A stretch of DNA of 64,000 nucleotides. It comes from an uncultured Planctomycetota bacterium. Its GTDB lineage: Bacteria > Planctomycetota > Planctomycetia > Isosphaerales > Isosphaeraceae. Made by a program: the position numbers and the translations under genes. The notes under the pieces were generated by a model. The model worked only from the letters and a program-made list of their open reading frames with translations. It ran no database searches and had not been told where the DNA came from. Below, in pieces: positions 41,291 through 52,330 of this stretch. The DNA is taken from positions 32,001-96,000 of the forward strand of contig CAWJTV010000009.1 in the NCBI GenBank assembly GCA_963845755.1. Direction: 5' to 3'. The number at the start of each line of letters is the position of its first letter. The stretch's first letter is position 1.

Positions 41291-41427
41291 GCCGCGCTCC
41301 CAAATCGCGGCTGCTGACTCGACGGTTGTGTCTTCCTCCCCAAGAAACCTCCCGTTGGGGAACATCGCGGTCTCCAGGTCGGTTAGCGGGGTGTCCGCCG
41401 GGGACACTTCACCGAAGATCCCATCCA

Positions 41428-41694
41428 TCAGCAACCTGTCGGAATACGCCGAGGATTCCCGCACCGGTTCCCGGTCGTCGGCCGCGTCACTTCCGTTTCT
41501 CCGCCGCGCAAGTAGGCGAGCTCGTAGGGGTCGAGCCGGGCCGGGATCACCGGCGGCTCCCTGTGCCGCGTCCCATCCGACGACCGAACCGACTTGTAAC
41601 CGGCCAGGATCACGGCCCAGATGGCCATGGCGTAGAACAGCAGGAGGTATTCGCCGTCCATGCCCGCGACCGGGTTGTTCAGGAGCCCATTCAT
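41428..41694 (-). pseudogene. N-terminal fragment of a TIGR04222-like membrane protein
   Basis: MDGEYLLLFY...LDPYELAYLRGG, then similarity is lost; GAGGAG RBS. Confidence 0.6.
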
Positions 41695-42182
41695 CGCACT
41701 CCTCAAGCATCGGGAGAAGGTTCTTTCGTCGATCCTCCGAATGTCTGAATGAAGATTCGATCGAGGCCGACAAGAATTCCATGAAGCCGTCAGCCTGCCT
41801 TCGTTCAGGGCTTCCGATGCATCCAGTGCCGCCAGCCGCTCACCAACGCGCTTCGACGGGGCACGCTGGTCATCCTGTCGTGGTCCGAACTGTAGCCTTT
41901 GGCCGACGACTCGGCAGTGGCCCGGCCCACGACGGCGCCTTCACCCGGCTCGTCCGCGCCCCAGAACGGACCGGGGACACGCCATCACGCCGCAGGTTGA
42001 ATGCCGAACGGGGTTCGTAGGGTGGACGCGAGATCCGGGGACTCGCGTGTGGACCTCGCTGCCTGATGCGGCAGAATCAGAGACCCTCCAGAAAGTCCAC
42101 ACCTCGTCCTTCGGCCGGAACCGCCCCGGGTGCACGTCCAACGGCGTAACCCGGAAACCTCGAGCCGCGGGCTGCGAAGCCC

Positions 42183-42911
42183 TCACCACTTGCCGAAATG
42201 CGCCCCGCTGTCGACATGCAGCACCTCGCCGGTCACCTGCGAAGCTTCCGTCAGGTACAGTACCGCATCGGCAATATCTTTCACGTCGGAAATCCGACCC
42301 ATCGGCGACAGCGTCTTCAAGAACTCCTTCGGGTTTTTCTCGTGGAGCGGGGTGTCCACGACGCCCGGAGCAACCACGTTCACGCGGATGCCGTCCTTCG
42401 CATACTCCAACGCCAGGCTCCGGGTCACCGCGTTCAGGCCGCCCTTGGTGATCATGGGGACCGCGGCGTTGACCCCGGCGATTGGGTTGTTGACCAGCGA
42501 GGCGGTGATGGTCACAATACTTCCGCCGGATTTCTGGGCCAGCATCTGCTTGATTGCGAGCTGTGTGATGTAGAGGAACCCTTCGAGGTTGGTCGACACG
42601 AGCGACTTGAAATCCCCGGCCGTGTAGTCGGTGAATGCCTTGGTGAAGAAGACTCCCGCGTTGTTGACGAGCGCATCGATCGATCCGAATCGGCCGACGG
42701 CCGTCTCGACGATCCGAGCGGCAGTGAACGCCTGGCCGATGTCGCCATCGACCAGGGCGATCCGCTCGGACTCGGCAAAGGGACCCTTCCTCGTGATGTT
42801 GCGAGAGTTCGCAACGACCTTGTAGCCCTTCTCGAGCAGCGCGGCAACCACTCCAGCCCCGATGCCCTGCGAAGCTCCGGTTACGATCGCCGTCTTCGAT
42901 TCTCCGGACAT
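42183..42911 (-). CDS. SDR-family oxidoreductase
   Basis: TGASQGIG, VNNAG, IRVNVVAPG, VTGEVLHVDSG; AGGAGG RBS. Confidence 0.93.
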   Translation of the reverse strand: MSGESKTAIVTGASQGIGAGVVAALLEKGYKVVANSRNITRKGPFAESERIALVDGDIGQAFTAARIVETAVGRFGSIDALVNNAGVFFTKAFTDYTAGDFKSLVSTNLEGFLYITQLAIKQMLAQKSGGSIVTITASLVNNPIAGVNAAVPMITKGGLNAVTRSLALEYAKDGIRVNVVAPGVVDTPLHEKNPKEFLKTLSPMGRISDVKDIADAVLYLTEASQVTGEVLHVDSGAHFGKW

Positions 42912-43264
42912 GGCCCCCTCCTGAATTCAAGCTCAAACGCCCGACACCGGACAAACGATGTCCGGATTATGCCGCCACGGCTCGGCGAGAGGCGAACCCG
43001 AAGGCCCAGGATAATTCCCAAAGAACCGGATCACCAGGGTCTCCGTGGGCATAATCCGTTATCCGGCATTAGGGAAGGAGGAGTATCCTACGAAACGCCC
43101 GCACAGTTCGTTGAAGTCCAAGACCCCGGCCGAGTTCGCAGCGACCTGCAGGAGGTACGATCCTATCAAAGAAAACGCGTTTGACCCGTCGTCTACTGAA
43201 CAAATGCAGGGCTGATTCCCATTAGGGTTGGACCAAGAAATGGGGGGCAGGCCAGTTCACGACC

Positions 43265-46208
43265 TCAGCGCCGGTCGGTCCACAGCCGGTCGAGCACCCC
43301 GATCTTCGATGACGTCCCCGGGCTCCAGCCCCGCCCGCGAGCGGCCAGGTGGATCTCGGCGCGGGCCGAGGTCCAGGCCGCCGGCGCGGGACGGACGGGA
43401 CGGTTGGCCGGCCCCGGCTGGCCCGTCGTCCCGATCCGCACCGGCACCGCGCCGGCACCGACCGCCGTTTCCAACGAGATCGACGCGACGGCCGGGCTCG
43501 CCGTCACCGCCGGCAGGCTGGTGCCGATCGCGACTCGCACGTCGTTGTAGTCCGCGAGGTTGACCACGCCGTCGCCATTGATGTCGCCGAAGATGGTATA
43601 GCCGGCCCCGTTGACGTGCAGCCACTCGTTGCGGACGCCGACCAGGTCCTGCGCGTTGACCACGCCGTCGTCGTTGAAATCGCCCGGCAACACGTCGAGC
43701 CGGCGGGTGAAGGTGACGATCGTGGCGTTGTCGATCGTGACCGTCACCCGGTCGGCCTTGTCGACCGGCTGGGCCAGGGTGATCGTATAACTGGTCCCCG
43801 AGCCGGAGATCGACACCGGCCCGTAGCTGGCGCCGATGGCGCTGCTGACCGTGACATCCCCGGAGGCCAGCGTCGTGGCCTGGGCGAGGGTGATGCTGAG
43901 CTGATCGATGCCGATCCAGGGCATGTCGGTGCTCCGGCCGGCCGGGAGCAGACGCAATCCATCGCTGGCGGTCTGGAACGTGTCGGTGCCGGCAGTCCCC
44001 CAGTTGACGCCGACGGAGGACCCGACGGTGGTCTGAACGTTGAACGGGTTCGTCGTCGCCCCCGTGAGGCCGGTGCTGGAGACGTCGAGCGTGTAGCCAA
44101 TCCCGGGTTGATTGAGGGTCAGGTCGGTGAACGGCACCATGCCGGCCTGGGCGGTCACTTGAAGCGTCCCGCCGAGGGTGGCGCCGCCGGGATTTGTACC
44201 CAGTCCCACGGTCACGCTGCCGACGAAGTTGGTATCGAGGTTGTCATATGGATCTTCGGCCCAGACGGTCAGCTCGAACGTGCTGCCGGCGATGACGTCG
44301 CTGGGTGGCTGCGACATCACGATCAGTTGAGTGGCCGCCGCGGGCGTGACGTCGAAGGGATCGGTCGTCGTACTGGCCAGGCCGCTCGCCGTCACGAGGA
44401 GCGTGTACCCGGTGCCGACCTTGTTGAGCGTCAGGTCGGCGAAGGGGGCCACGCCGTTCTGGGCCGTTATCCTCACCGTGCCGCCCAGGGTCGAGCCCCC
44501 GGGGTTGTTCGACAGCGCCACGGTGACGGTTCCATCGAAGGAGGTATCCACATCACCCGAGCTTTCATAGGCAGTGACGGTGAAGCCGAAGTCGGATCCG
44601 GCCATGACGCTGCCGGGGGTTGGTACCGTCACTTCCAGATAGTCGGTCGGCTGGACTTCGAAGGCGCCGATGTCGACGGCTTTGCCGACGATCCGTGGAT
44701 ATCCGGGTCCGCGCTGGTCGTATTGCAATGGCTGGCCGGTGGTGGGATCGACGGCCAGGGCGTTGCTGCCTGCGTCGATCGCGGGGCTGCCGGGCAAGAG
44801 GGCGATGGTCTGGGTCGGCCCGCCGTTGGCCTGGAGCCCGTTGGGATCGAGCCCCGGGTCGGCAACGCCGACCTGGTTGCCATTGACACCATTGACCAGG
44901 CCGCCGGAACCCCCGATGCCGATCAGGTTGTACCCGCTGGTTGAGGAAACCGTGCCGTCGATGTCGTCGGGCGTGGCCCCGCTGCCCGTGCCTTCGGTGT
45001 TCAGCCCGACGATCGTGTTGTCCAGGGTGGCCGTACTGCCGTCGAGGCCCAGCCCCCCGCCCGAGCCGCCACTGGCGACCGTGTTGTCGGCGATGGTGGA
45101 GTTGACGACCGTCAGCGTGCCATCGTTGGCAATGCCGCCGCCGTGGGCGGGCGAGGACCCGGAGCCGAAGGTCAATAGCCCCTCATACCAGGCCGCGCCG
45201 GCTGGGGGGTCGTCGTTGAACTCGAGGAGAGTGGTGAAGTCATTGGACGCCGTGGGCAACTGGGCGATCGTCAGGCTGTACCGGGCGGTGATCACCGTCA
45301 GAGCCACATCCGTCGTGTCCGGGATCGCAGGGGTCAGACCCGTGAAGACGGAGGACATGGCTGGGAAGCGGATCGGGTCGGGAGGAGGTAGTGGCCAGGT
45401 CGGGATCCAGTCCACGCCGTTCATCTGGGTCGACCCGTTGAGGGTCGTCGTGATGATCGTCGGATAATTCACGCCGTCAAGTCGGCCTGGTGCGGCAAAG
45501 TCGAAGTGGTCCCATTGCAGCGTATTTCCCTGGATGATCAACTCGTCGCGGCCGTCGATGTAGGCCGAGACATCGAGCGTGACGGTGCCGCTCCCAACGG
45601 CTGCGTTATCGGCGATGGTGGAGCTGCTGACAGTCAATGTGCCCGCGTTGTCGATGCCGCCGCCGGAGCCGGCTGAGTTGTCGGCGATGGTGGAACTGGT
45701 GACGGACAGCGTGCCCGCGTTGTCGATGCCACCGCCGTAAGTGGCCGAGCCATTCGAGATCGTCTGGCCGGTGATGGTGGCTGTCACGCCACCGGAGATG
45801 GCGAACACCCCAACACTGTTGTTGCCGCTGACTGTCAGCAGGTTTGCGCCAGGACCGCTGATCACCTCCGGTCCGGCGGTTTCCGAGAGGGTCAGGGTGC
45901 TGGAGAGCGTGATGGTCTGCGGTGTGCCGAAGACCGTCGGGTCGAACTCGATCAGGCTGCCGTCGGTGTTCGAGTTGGCGTTGGCCTGGTCGATGCAATA
46001 GAGCAGGTCGCCCGTGGTCCCCGATCCCGCGCCGGTGTCGGTGATCGCGTTGACCGTGTAGAGCGTGGCCGCCAGGAGGACGCGGTCCTCCAGGCCCTCC
46101 AGGGCCCAGAGCCGGTGACGGCGACGCGGGCTCGACGCCTGGCGGGCGTGGCGCGACTTCGGGGCGGATAAGAGGCGCGGAAAACGGACGAGACAAGGTG
46201 CGCGACAT
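43265..46208 (-). CDS. Large exported protein (beta-helix/choice-of-anchor-Q-like repeats, Ig-like domains, dockerin-like C-terminus); frameshift at ~46178
   Basis: LEGLEDRVLLA motif; GGGIDNAGTL repeats; NGGPTQTIALLPGSPAIDAG; DQRG..DIGAFE; GDFNDDGVVNAQD and GDINGDGVVNLAD. Confidence 0.88.
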
Positions 46209-46585
46209 GGCCGGTGGCTCCCTTCGGATCGATCAGCAGGAACGGAGCTTTTCGGCTGCGGTGTCCGCGAGCGAGTGGCGAGTGGCAGGAGCCAGAAGCC
46301 ACGACGGATCGCGTCGTCTGGCGGCTATCCATCCGCTGGATAGGATTGCTGGCCGACGCCATCACCCGGACAGAGACCCAGGTCGCCGACGACGCCTGAC
46401 GATCGCTCGCGATGCGCAACAAAAAAACCCGCTCGTGCACGGAATCGCACGACGGGCCACCCTAACCCAGCGTTGCGGGCCCCTCGCGAGCCGGCAACGT
46501 CCGCTCATTGTTGATCGCGGCGGAGCGGATGTCAATACATTTGCGTCTCAAAATAATTTTGGGTTGTCTAACGCTTGGGAGGCGC

Positions 46586-46660
46586 ATACCAGCCCAAAGC
46601 GCCAGCGAGTGAATGTATGATTCCCATTGGAATTCATGCGCTGGCGCTTCGTGCTCGTAT
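46586..46660. repeat. REP-like inverted pair
   Basis: ATACCAGCCCAAAGCGCCAGCG ... CGCTGGCGCTTCGTGCTCGTAT. Confidence 0.7.
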
Positions 46661-46736
46661 CCCATCGATGTCGTCCTCGTGTGTGCAAGCCAACCGTTGA
46701 GAGACCTGGAGCGCAACACGCCTGGGTTGAGCGCGC

Positions 46737-46822
46737 GGAAAATGGGGACAGGCACCCGGCCCGCGGGAACGAGGTCGAAACGGAGGGGCCCATCCAGGGC
46801 CGGGAGCCAGTCCCCATTTTCC
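46737..46822. repeat. REP-like inverted pair of the GGGGACA type
   Basis: GGAAAATGGGGACAGGCACCCGGCCC ... GGGCCGGGAGCCAGTCCCCATTTTCC. Confidence 0.75.
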
Positions 46823-46940
46823 TGGGCCGGTCCCGCAGGCCGCGGAGGGGCCAGAAGGGCCATTCCCACGCGGGAGGGTGGGAACGAGATCACCCGGTGG
46901 CCTCGCTACCGTGTCGATTTTTTTCTAGTCAGGAAACCGA

Positions 46941-48117
46941 TCAGAACGGAGTCGTGGTCCCGCCACCGGCCTGGGGCTGGGACGGTGGATTGGTTGACCG
47001 CGGCGCGGCACCGATCCGCCGCGATCCCGCCGAGCTGGCGCCGGGGTAAGTGATGCCGGCCTCGGCACCCCCGTGGGCCGGGTTGGGTGAAGTGCCCTCG
47101 ACCCCACGGCCACCCGACCCGTCGGCGAATCGGACGAGGGTTCCCGGCATCAGCGGGACCGAGGAACCGACGATGAGGGCATCGGTACCGCGGAGCAGCC
47201 CCGCGACCTGGATGCGATCGGGCCCCATGCCGCCCATGACGTGGACCGGCACGTTCGTGACATACTCGTTGCGGATGACCTGGATCATCGAGGACGACGC
47301 TCCGCGCATGTCGTCCGATCGGACGGCCCGCCTGGGGACGTTGGCGATCGGCGTGGTGGGCACCCCCGCCGGCCGCGCGCAGGCCCGGCTCCAGCTCGCC
47401 CTTGGAATTCGCGAAGACCACCGCGGCGGCGGAGAACGGCGTCGCCAGCTCGCGCAGGACCGCGAACGACTCGGGGAGCGGCAGCACCGCCTGCACCTTG
47501 CACGCGACCTCCTGCTCCTCGACCGGGACCGTCAACGTCGCCCCCACCGCCACGCCACGTCGGTCGACCGGCAGCACCGCCTGGAGGGTCGTCGTATCGG
47601 CCAGCTCGATCAGGGGCGACCCTTTCAACACGTACTGGCCGGCGCACACGTGGATGTCGAGGATCCGGCCCGCGAAGGCGGCGCGGATCGTGCAGCGATC
47701 CAGCGCCAGTTGAGCCAGGCTGGCGCGCGCCTGGGCCGCCTCCAACTGCGCCTGGTACACTTCAGTGCCCAGCGTGCCCGCGGCTTTGAGCTGGGCCTGC
47801 TTTTCCTTGACTTCCGCCGTCGCCACCTGGAGCCTGGCGTTCGCCTCGCCCCGATCGAACTGCGCCAGCTCCTGCACTTCCCGGACCGAAACACCCAGGC
47901 GTGCGTCCAGGGTCCGGATCATCCCATCGACCGGTGCGATGATCGTCAACCGTCGCACCGGCTCGAGAACGGCCACGACCTGGTAAGGATCCGGCATGGT
48001 CAAGCGGAGCGGGATCGTCTCGATCCGTGCCGTCGCGGCCGAAGTCTGCCCCCAGCAGGTCCTTGCCCCACAGAGTAGACACACGGAAAACGCGATGGAT
48101 AATCCCGTGATCCTCAT
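46941..48117 (-). CDS. HlyD/RND periplasmic adaptor-like protein; frameshift at ~47375
   Basis: Signal peptide; IIAPVDGMI, coiled coil, TIRAAFAGRI..GQYVLKG; C-terminus VPRRAV...GLLRGTDALIV in ORF 46941-47363. Confidence 0.8.
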
Positions 48118-48362
48118 GGCGCACCCCTCTGGCGACAGGATGGACTTGATCTCACGCACACGAACTTGCACGCTCGATCGCAACTTCATTCGGCGTATTA
48201 GACCTGTATCACTCACCCTAATCCCGGCGGTCCTGAGCGTCAACAGGCTCATGCCCCCTGGCGATCGACGACTTGCACGGTTACCATCGGGGATCGGATC
48301 TGATGCGAGACGCCTCGACTTGTAGAGACGTCCGTCCCGAAATCCACGAAAGGCATCCTCTC

Positions 48363-49718
48363 ATGGAAACGGCTCAAATCACGCGGCGTGACTTCGTTGA
48401 GGCGGTCGGGATCTCGGCCGGTGCATCGACCTTGCTGGGCATGCCGGCGATTGCCGCGGGCGGCTCGGCGAATGAGAAGATCCGCCTGATTTTGATCGGC
48501 GCCGGGAGTCGCGGGAACCAGCTCCTGGACTCGTTCTTCAAGCAGGCCGACATGGAGGTGGTTGGTGTCGTCGACGTGGACGACAAGCATGCCGGCGAGA
48601 CGGCCGATCGCATCAAGAAAGCCAAGGGAAACACCCCGGACACGGCGCGCGACTACCGGGGCATGCTCGACCGCAAGGACGTCAACGCCGTGATCATCGC
48701 GACGCCGGATCACTGGCATGCCCTCCCCGCGATCCAGGCCGTCCTGGCCGGCAAGGACGTCTATGTCGAGAAGCCGGTGGCGCACAACGTGGCCGAAGGC
48801 CAGGCGATGCTCCGCGCCGCCCGGAAGACCGGCAAGATCATGGCGGTGGGGACCCAGCAACGCTCGTCATCGCATTTCCAGCAGGCCGTCGAGATCGTGC
48901 GGTCGGGCAAGCTCGGCAAGGTCTTCTGGGTCCAGACCTGGAACTTCGAGAACATCAGCCCCGCCGGGCTGGGCAACTATCCCGACGGACCGGCGCCCTC
49001 CTCGGTTGACTATGACCGATGGCTCGGCCCCGCTCCGCTGCGGCCGTTCCATCCCAATCGGTTCCACTTGCTCTTCCGCTGGTTCTTCGACTACGCCGGA
49101 GGCATGATGAGCGACTGGGGCGTCCACCTCAACGATATCGTGCTCTGGGCCCTCAACGCCAAGGGCCCGAAGTCGGTCTACACCACCGGGGGGATCTTCA
49201 CCAGCGACGATAACCGCGATACCCCCGACACGATGCAGGTCGTCTACGAGTTCCCGGAATGCACGCTCACGTATTCGATGCGCAAGGGGAACGGCCTGAA
49301 GTACAACGGGCACGATTACGGCATCCTCTTCTGCGGCACCGATGCCAGCTTGCTGCTCGACCGCAGCGGCTTCGAAGTCATCCCGGACAAGGTCGTCCTG
49401 CCCTATGGCATCAAGCTGGTCCACGGCGATCGTCCCCTGCGGAAGATCGACCTCAACCCCGAGAAGGTCAAGGGCGTTGACGGCCAGGATCCCCACGTGC
49501 GCAACTTCCTCGACTGTGTCAAGTCGCGCGCCTTGCCGACCTCCGACATCGAGATCGCGCATCGCTCGACCAACACATGCCACCTGGGAAACATCGCCTA
49601 CAAGGTCGAACGCAAGATCGAGTGGGACGCCGACTCGGAGACGATCAAGTACGACCGCGAAGCCAACGTCCTCCTGAGTCGGGAGCCCCGCAAGGGATAC
49701 GAGCTGCCCAGCATCTGA
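48363..49718 (+). CDS. Gfo/Idh/MocA oxidoreductase with Tat signal
   Basis: TRRDFV; IGAGSRG; ATPDHWH; YVEKP; DWGVH. Confidence 0.93.
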   Translation: METAQITRRDFVEAVGISAGASTLLGMPAIAAGGSANEKIRLILIGAGSRGNQLLDSFFKQADMEVVGVVDVDDKHAGETADRIKKAKGNTPDTARDYRGMLDRKDVNAVIIATPDHWHALPAIQAVLAGKDVYVEKPVAHNVAEGQAMLRAARKTGKIMAVGTQQRSSSHFQQAVEIVRSGKLGKVFWVQTWNFENISPAGLGNYPDGPAPSSVDYDRWLGPAPLRPFHPNRFHLLFRWFFDYAGGMMSDWGVHLNDIVLWALNAKGPKSVYTTGGIFTSDDNRDTPDTMQVVYEFPECTLTYSMRKGNGLKYNGHDYGILFCGTDASLLLDRSGFEVIPDKVVLPYGIKLVHGDRPLRKIDLNPEKVKGVDGQDPHVRNFLDCVKSRALPTSDIEIAHRSTNTCHLGNIAYKVERKIEWDADSETIKYDREANVLLSREPRKGYELPSI

Positions 49719-49726
49719 AACCGCTC

Positions 49727-49842
49727 CTAGAAACTATCCGAGAATCTTGTAGGGTGGGTGAAACCCACCAGGAAGTGTCCCGATTCTGGTGGGTTTCACC
49801 CACCCTACAAACCCCGGATCCGCTTCTCGGACAGTTTCTTAG
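49727..49842. mobile_element. MITE with IS1182-like ends carrying a GTAG-REP doublet
   Basis: CTAGAAACTATCCGAGAA ... TTCTCGGACAGTTTCTTAG around GTAGGGTGGGTGAAACCCACCA-16 nt-TGGTGGGTTTCACCCACCCTAC (49749-49808). Confidence 0.75.
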
Positions 49843-49975
49843 CGATCGAGATTCGGGATTCGAGATTCCGGATTCCGAATGAAGTATGATTCGGGAATCT
49901 TGAATCGGGAATTTGGAATCCAGGATCCCCCAGAAGGCGGCACGGCGGCAGGGATCTTTCGGAGGAAGACTCTCA
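49843..49975. repeat. Heptamer-palindrome element D, diverged copy 3 (lacks the head)
   Basis: GATTCGG/GATTCGA/GATTCCG 7-mers, inverted GAATC 7-mers, tail CCCCAGAAGGCGGCACGGCGGCAGGGATC..CGGAGGAAGACTCT. Confidence 0.75.
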
Positions 49976-49980
49976 CTTAT

Positions 49981-50124
49981 CCACGTAAGACACGAAATCG
50001 GAAATCATTCGAGGATCGGCTTTCCATCTGCTTTACCCTTTGGGTGTTTCGTGGATTTCGTGGTTGAACTCTTCCAGGGAGAAGGGTCAACAGCCGTGAG
50101 GGTCGGGGTCGTTTTAGCGCTCTC
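49981..50124. repeat. Nonamer-palindrome element E, copy 2
   Basis: TTTCGTGGATTTCGTGGTTGAACTCTTCCAGGGAGAAGGGTCAA...GCGCTCT matches 41193-41270. Confidence 0.8.
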
Positions 50125-50352
50125 ATGAAAAAAGTCACCGGACAGTTCCTCCGGCTGGTGGGCTTGCTGGTCGAGATGCTCGGGATCATGGGCGTGCTCA
50201 CCGGTCGAGGCGACATCGAGGCCGCGCGCCTGCGGTTACCCAGCGGAACTTTGGTGTCGCCGGCCTGGATCGCCATCGCGCTGGGCTTCGCGATCTGGAT
50301 GGTCGGGACGATCCTCGTTTTCAGGTCCCGGTCAAGGCGAGAGCAACCCTGA
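50125..50352 (+). CDS. Small two-TM membrane protein
   Basis: Two hydrophobic segments in a 75-aa ORF. Confidence 0.65.
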   Translation: MKKVTGQFLRLVGLLVEMLGIMGVLTGRGDIEAARLRLPSGTLVSPAWIAIALGFAIWMVGTILVFRSRSRREQP

Positions 50353-50477
50353 CGAAATCGCTCTGGCCGTTCCGGCCCGGAGACGCTAGAACCACCGGCG
50401 AGAATCGTTCGTGCGGCACGTGCGTCCGCCTCTTCTCCTCCATGGATGGAGGAACTTGGAGGCTGTCCGAGAAGGTG

Positions 50478-50537
50478 GTAGGGTGGGTGAAACCCACCAA
50501 GCATCGCCTCGATCCTGGTGGGTTTCACCCACCCTAC
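50478..50537. repeat. GTAG-REP doublet, copy 2
   Basis: Arms identical to 49749-49808 with a different 16-nt spacer; preceded by GAGGCTGTCCGAGAA (50459-50473). Confidence 0.85.
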
Positions 50538-50601
50538 AAGACCCGTATACCGTCCTCGACACGGCGCAGCGAACGAGGCCGGTCCTCCGGCGGGATGCGA
50601 G

Positions 50602-51716
50602 ATGATGGACAGCGGAAGTCCGAAGAACGGCCTCCGGTCGCGATGGGATCGCGGCGCGCGATGGTTTCAGCCGCGAGGCCCGTCCGTGGGATCCCGGGAT
50701 CACCATCCCCGGCTTGGGCTGGAGACAGGGGCTCCGCCCGCCGCCGACGTCATCTGCTGCGGGATGTACCGGGCCTGCTCGACCTGGCAGTATGAAGTGG
50801 TCGCCCACCTCCTGGAACGCCATCGCGACGGTCGGCGCCTGGGTTACTTGACCGGCGAACAATACCACGACCTCGGCCTGCGCAAAGCGATACCTCGGCA
50901 GGGGCCGGCTGGCGCGCGTTCAAGTCCCACGAAGGGAGTCGCGATTTCGCCGTCGCCCTGGCCGAGGGGCGGGCCGTCGCCGTCTATGCCTATCGCGACG
51001 TCCGCGACGTCGTCTTCTCGCTCATGCACAAACGCGGCCTGACGTTCGAACCGTTGCTCCGACAGGGCATGATCCACCAGGTCCTGGCCAACGACCGGTT
51101 CTGGACGCAACAGCCCAACGTGCTGATCCAGCGCTACGAGGAAATCCTCGCCGATCCGCTGGCAGCCGTCCGCGCGTTGGCCGATCATCTCGGGATCCTC
51201 CTGGAGGAAGCCGAAGCGGCCCGGATCGCCGACGAGTATTCGCTCGAGTCCAACAAGGCCCGGACCGAGGCCTTGCGTCGCCGCCTGGAGCAGGCCGGGA
51301 TGGATCTGAATACCGCGGCGAACGCGCAGGTCTGCGACTCGAACACCCTCCTGCACTGGAATCATGTCCGGAACGGCGGTTCTTCCTGGTTCGCCGAGTC
51401 AACTCCGCGTCAGCGACGGACCCTCCATCGGCTCTGCGGGCGATGGTTGCGATCGCGGAACTATGCGCTCCGACCGGCCAGCTCGGAATCGGGCGCAGTC
51501 GCCGATCCACGCCTGAACATGCGGGGCCTGGTTCGGATCGAGGCCGATCTCCTCGTGGGGTGGTTGAACTACCAGATTCGAGGGACCTCGCAACGGCTCC
51601 CGCGCCTGGCCGTTGCGGTCAAACGCATGCTCGGGATTCCGACTCCCACCCAGGTCGGCGCGACCGTGTGGTCGGAGTCCAAGCCCGAGGCGCGTGTGCA
51701 CTCATCGGCGAGGTGA
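50602..51716 (+). CDS. Sulfotransferase-domain protein; frameshift at ~50900
   Basis: CGMYRACSTW (PAPS loop-like), FKSH, YRDVRDVVFS, RYEEILADP. Confidence 0.72.
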
Positions 51717-52330
51717 TCGGGGACCAGGAACCGTTCGATTATCAGAATTACCACCGGACGATCGTCGCCTTCCATGGGACGACGGAACCTATGGCCGATC
51801 ACCTGGTTAACGGGGGTGATTTCACTCCCAGCAGCAACACGGATGATTGGCTGGGAACCGGTATCTACTTCTGGGAATACGCCCCGAGGCAGGCGTGGTG
51901 GTGGGCGAGGACATTCAAGAGGAAGTCCAAGCCCGCTGTCGTGGGAGCGATGATCCGGCTGGGGAATTGCTTCGACTTGCTCGATCCGGAGAACGTGCAG
52001 TTGCTCAAGAGTGTGTACAATAGTATCATAGACAAATGACAAGAGGAAGGGACGGAGCCGCCGAGGAATGTCCGACACCGAAAGAACCTTGACTGCGCCG
52101 TTTTCAACTATTGTTACGAGAAGGCGGTGGCGAAGGGGAACCCGATCGACTCTGGACGCGCTGTCTATGTTCCGACTGACAAGTTCAAGCGGGTCTGGAA
52201 GGGAAGTTGGATCTATGAAGAAGCGCACATCCAAATCTGCGTCCGCAACCCGAAGAACATCCTCGCGGTCTGGCACGTCGGCCTCGATGGACGATATGGC
52301 AAGAGAGGCCGTGAACAAGGCCATGCCTAG
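51713..52330 (+). pseudogene. ADP-ribosyltransferase-fold (PARP-like) putative toxin with in-frame TGA at 52037-52039
   Basis: FHGT, DWLGTGIYFWE, LGNCFDL, then the same frame continues past the stop with LDCAV...HIQICVRN. Confidence 0.68.

Noticed and set aside
43237..46753. AAATGGGG(G/A)CAGGC direct repeats flanking the surface-protein gene
   Set aside because: Only ~15 bp with mismatches; better explained as independent REP-like remnants
52037..52039. Genetic-code reassignment or selenocysteine at TGA
   Set aside because: TGA is the normal stop for many genes here (pheS, pheT); the context is not a redox motif and I saw no convincing SECIS
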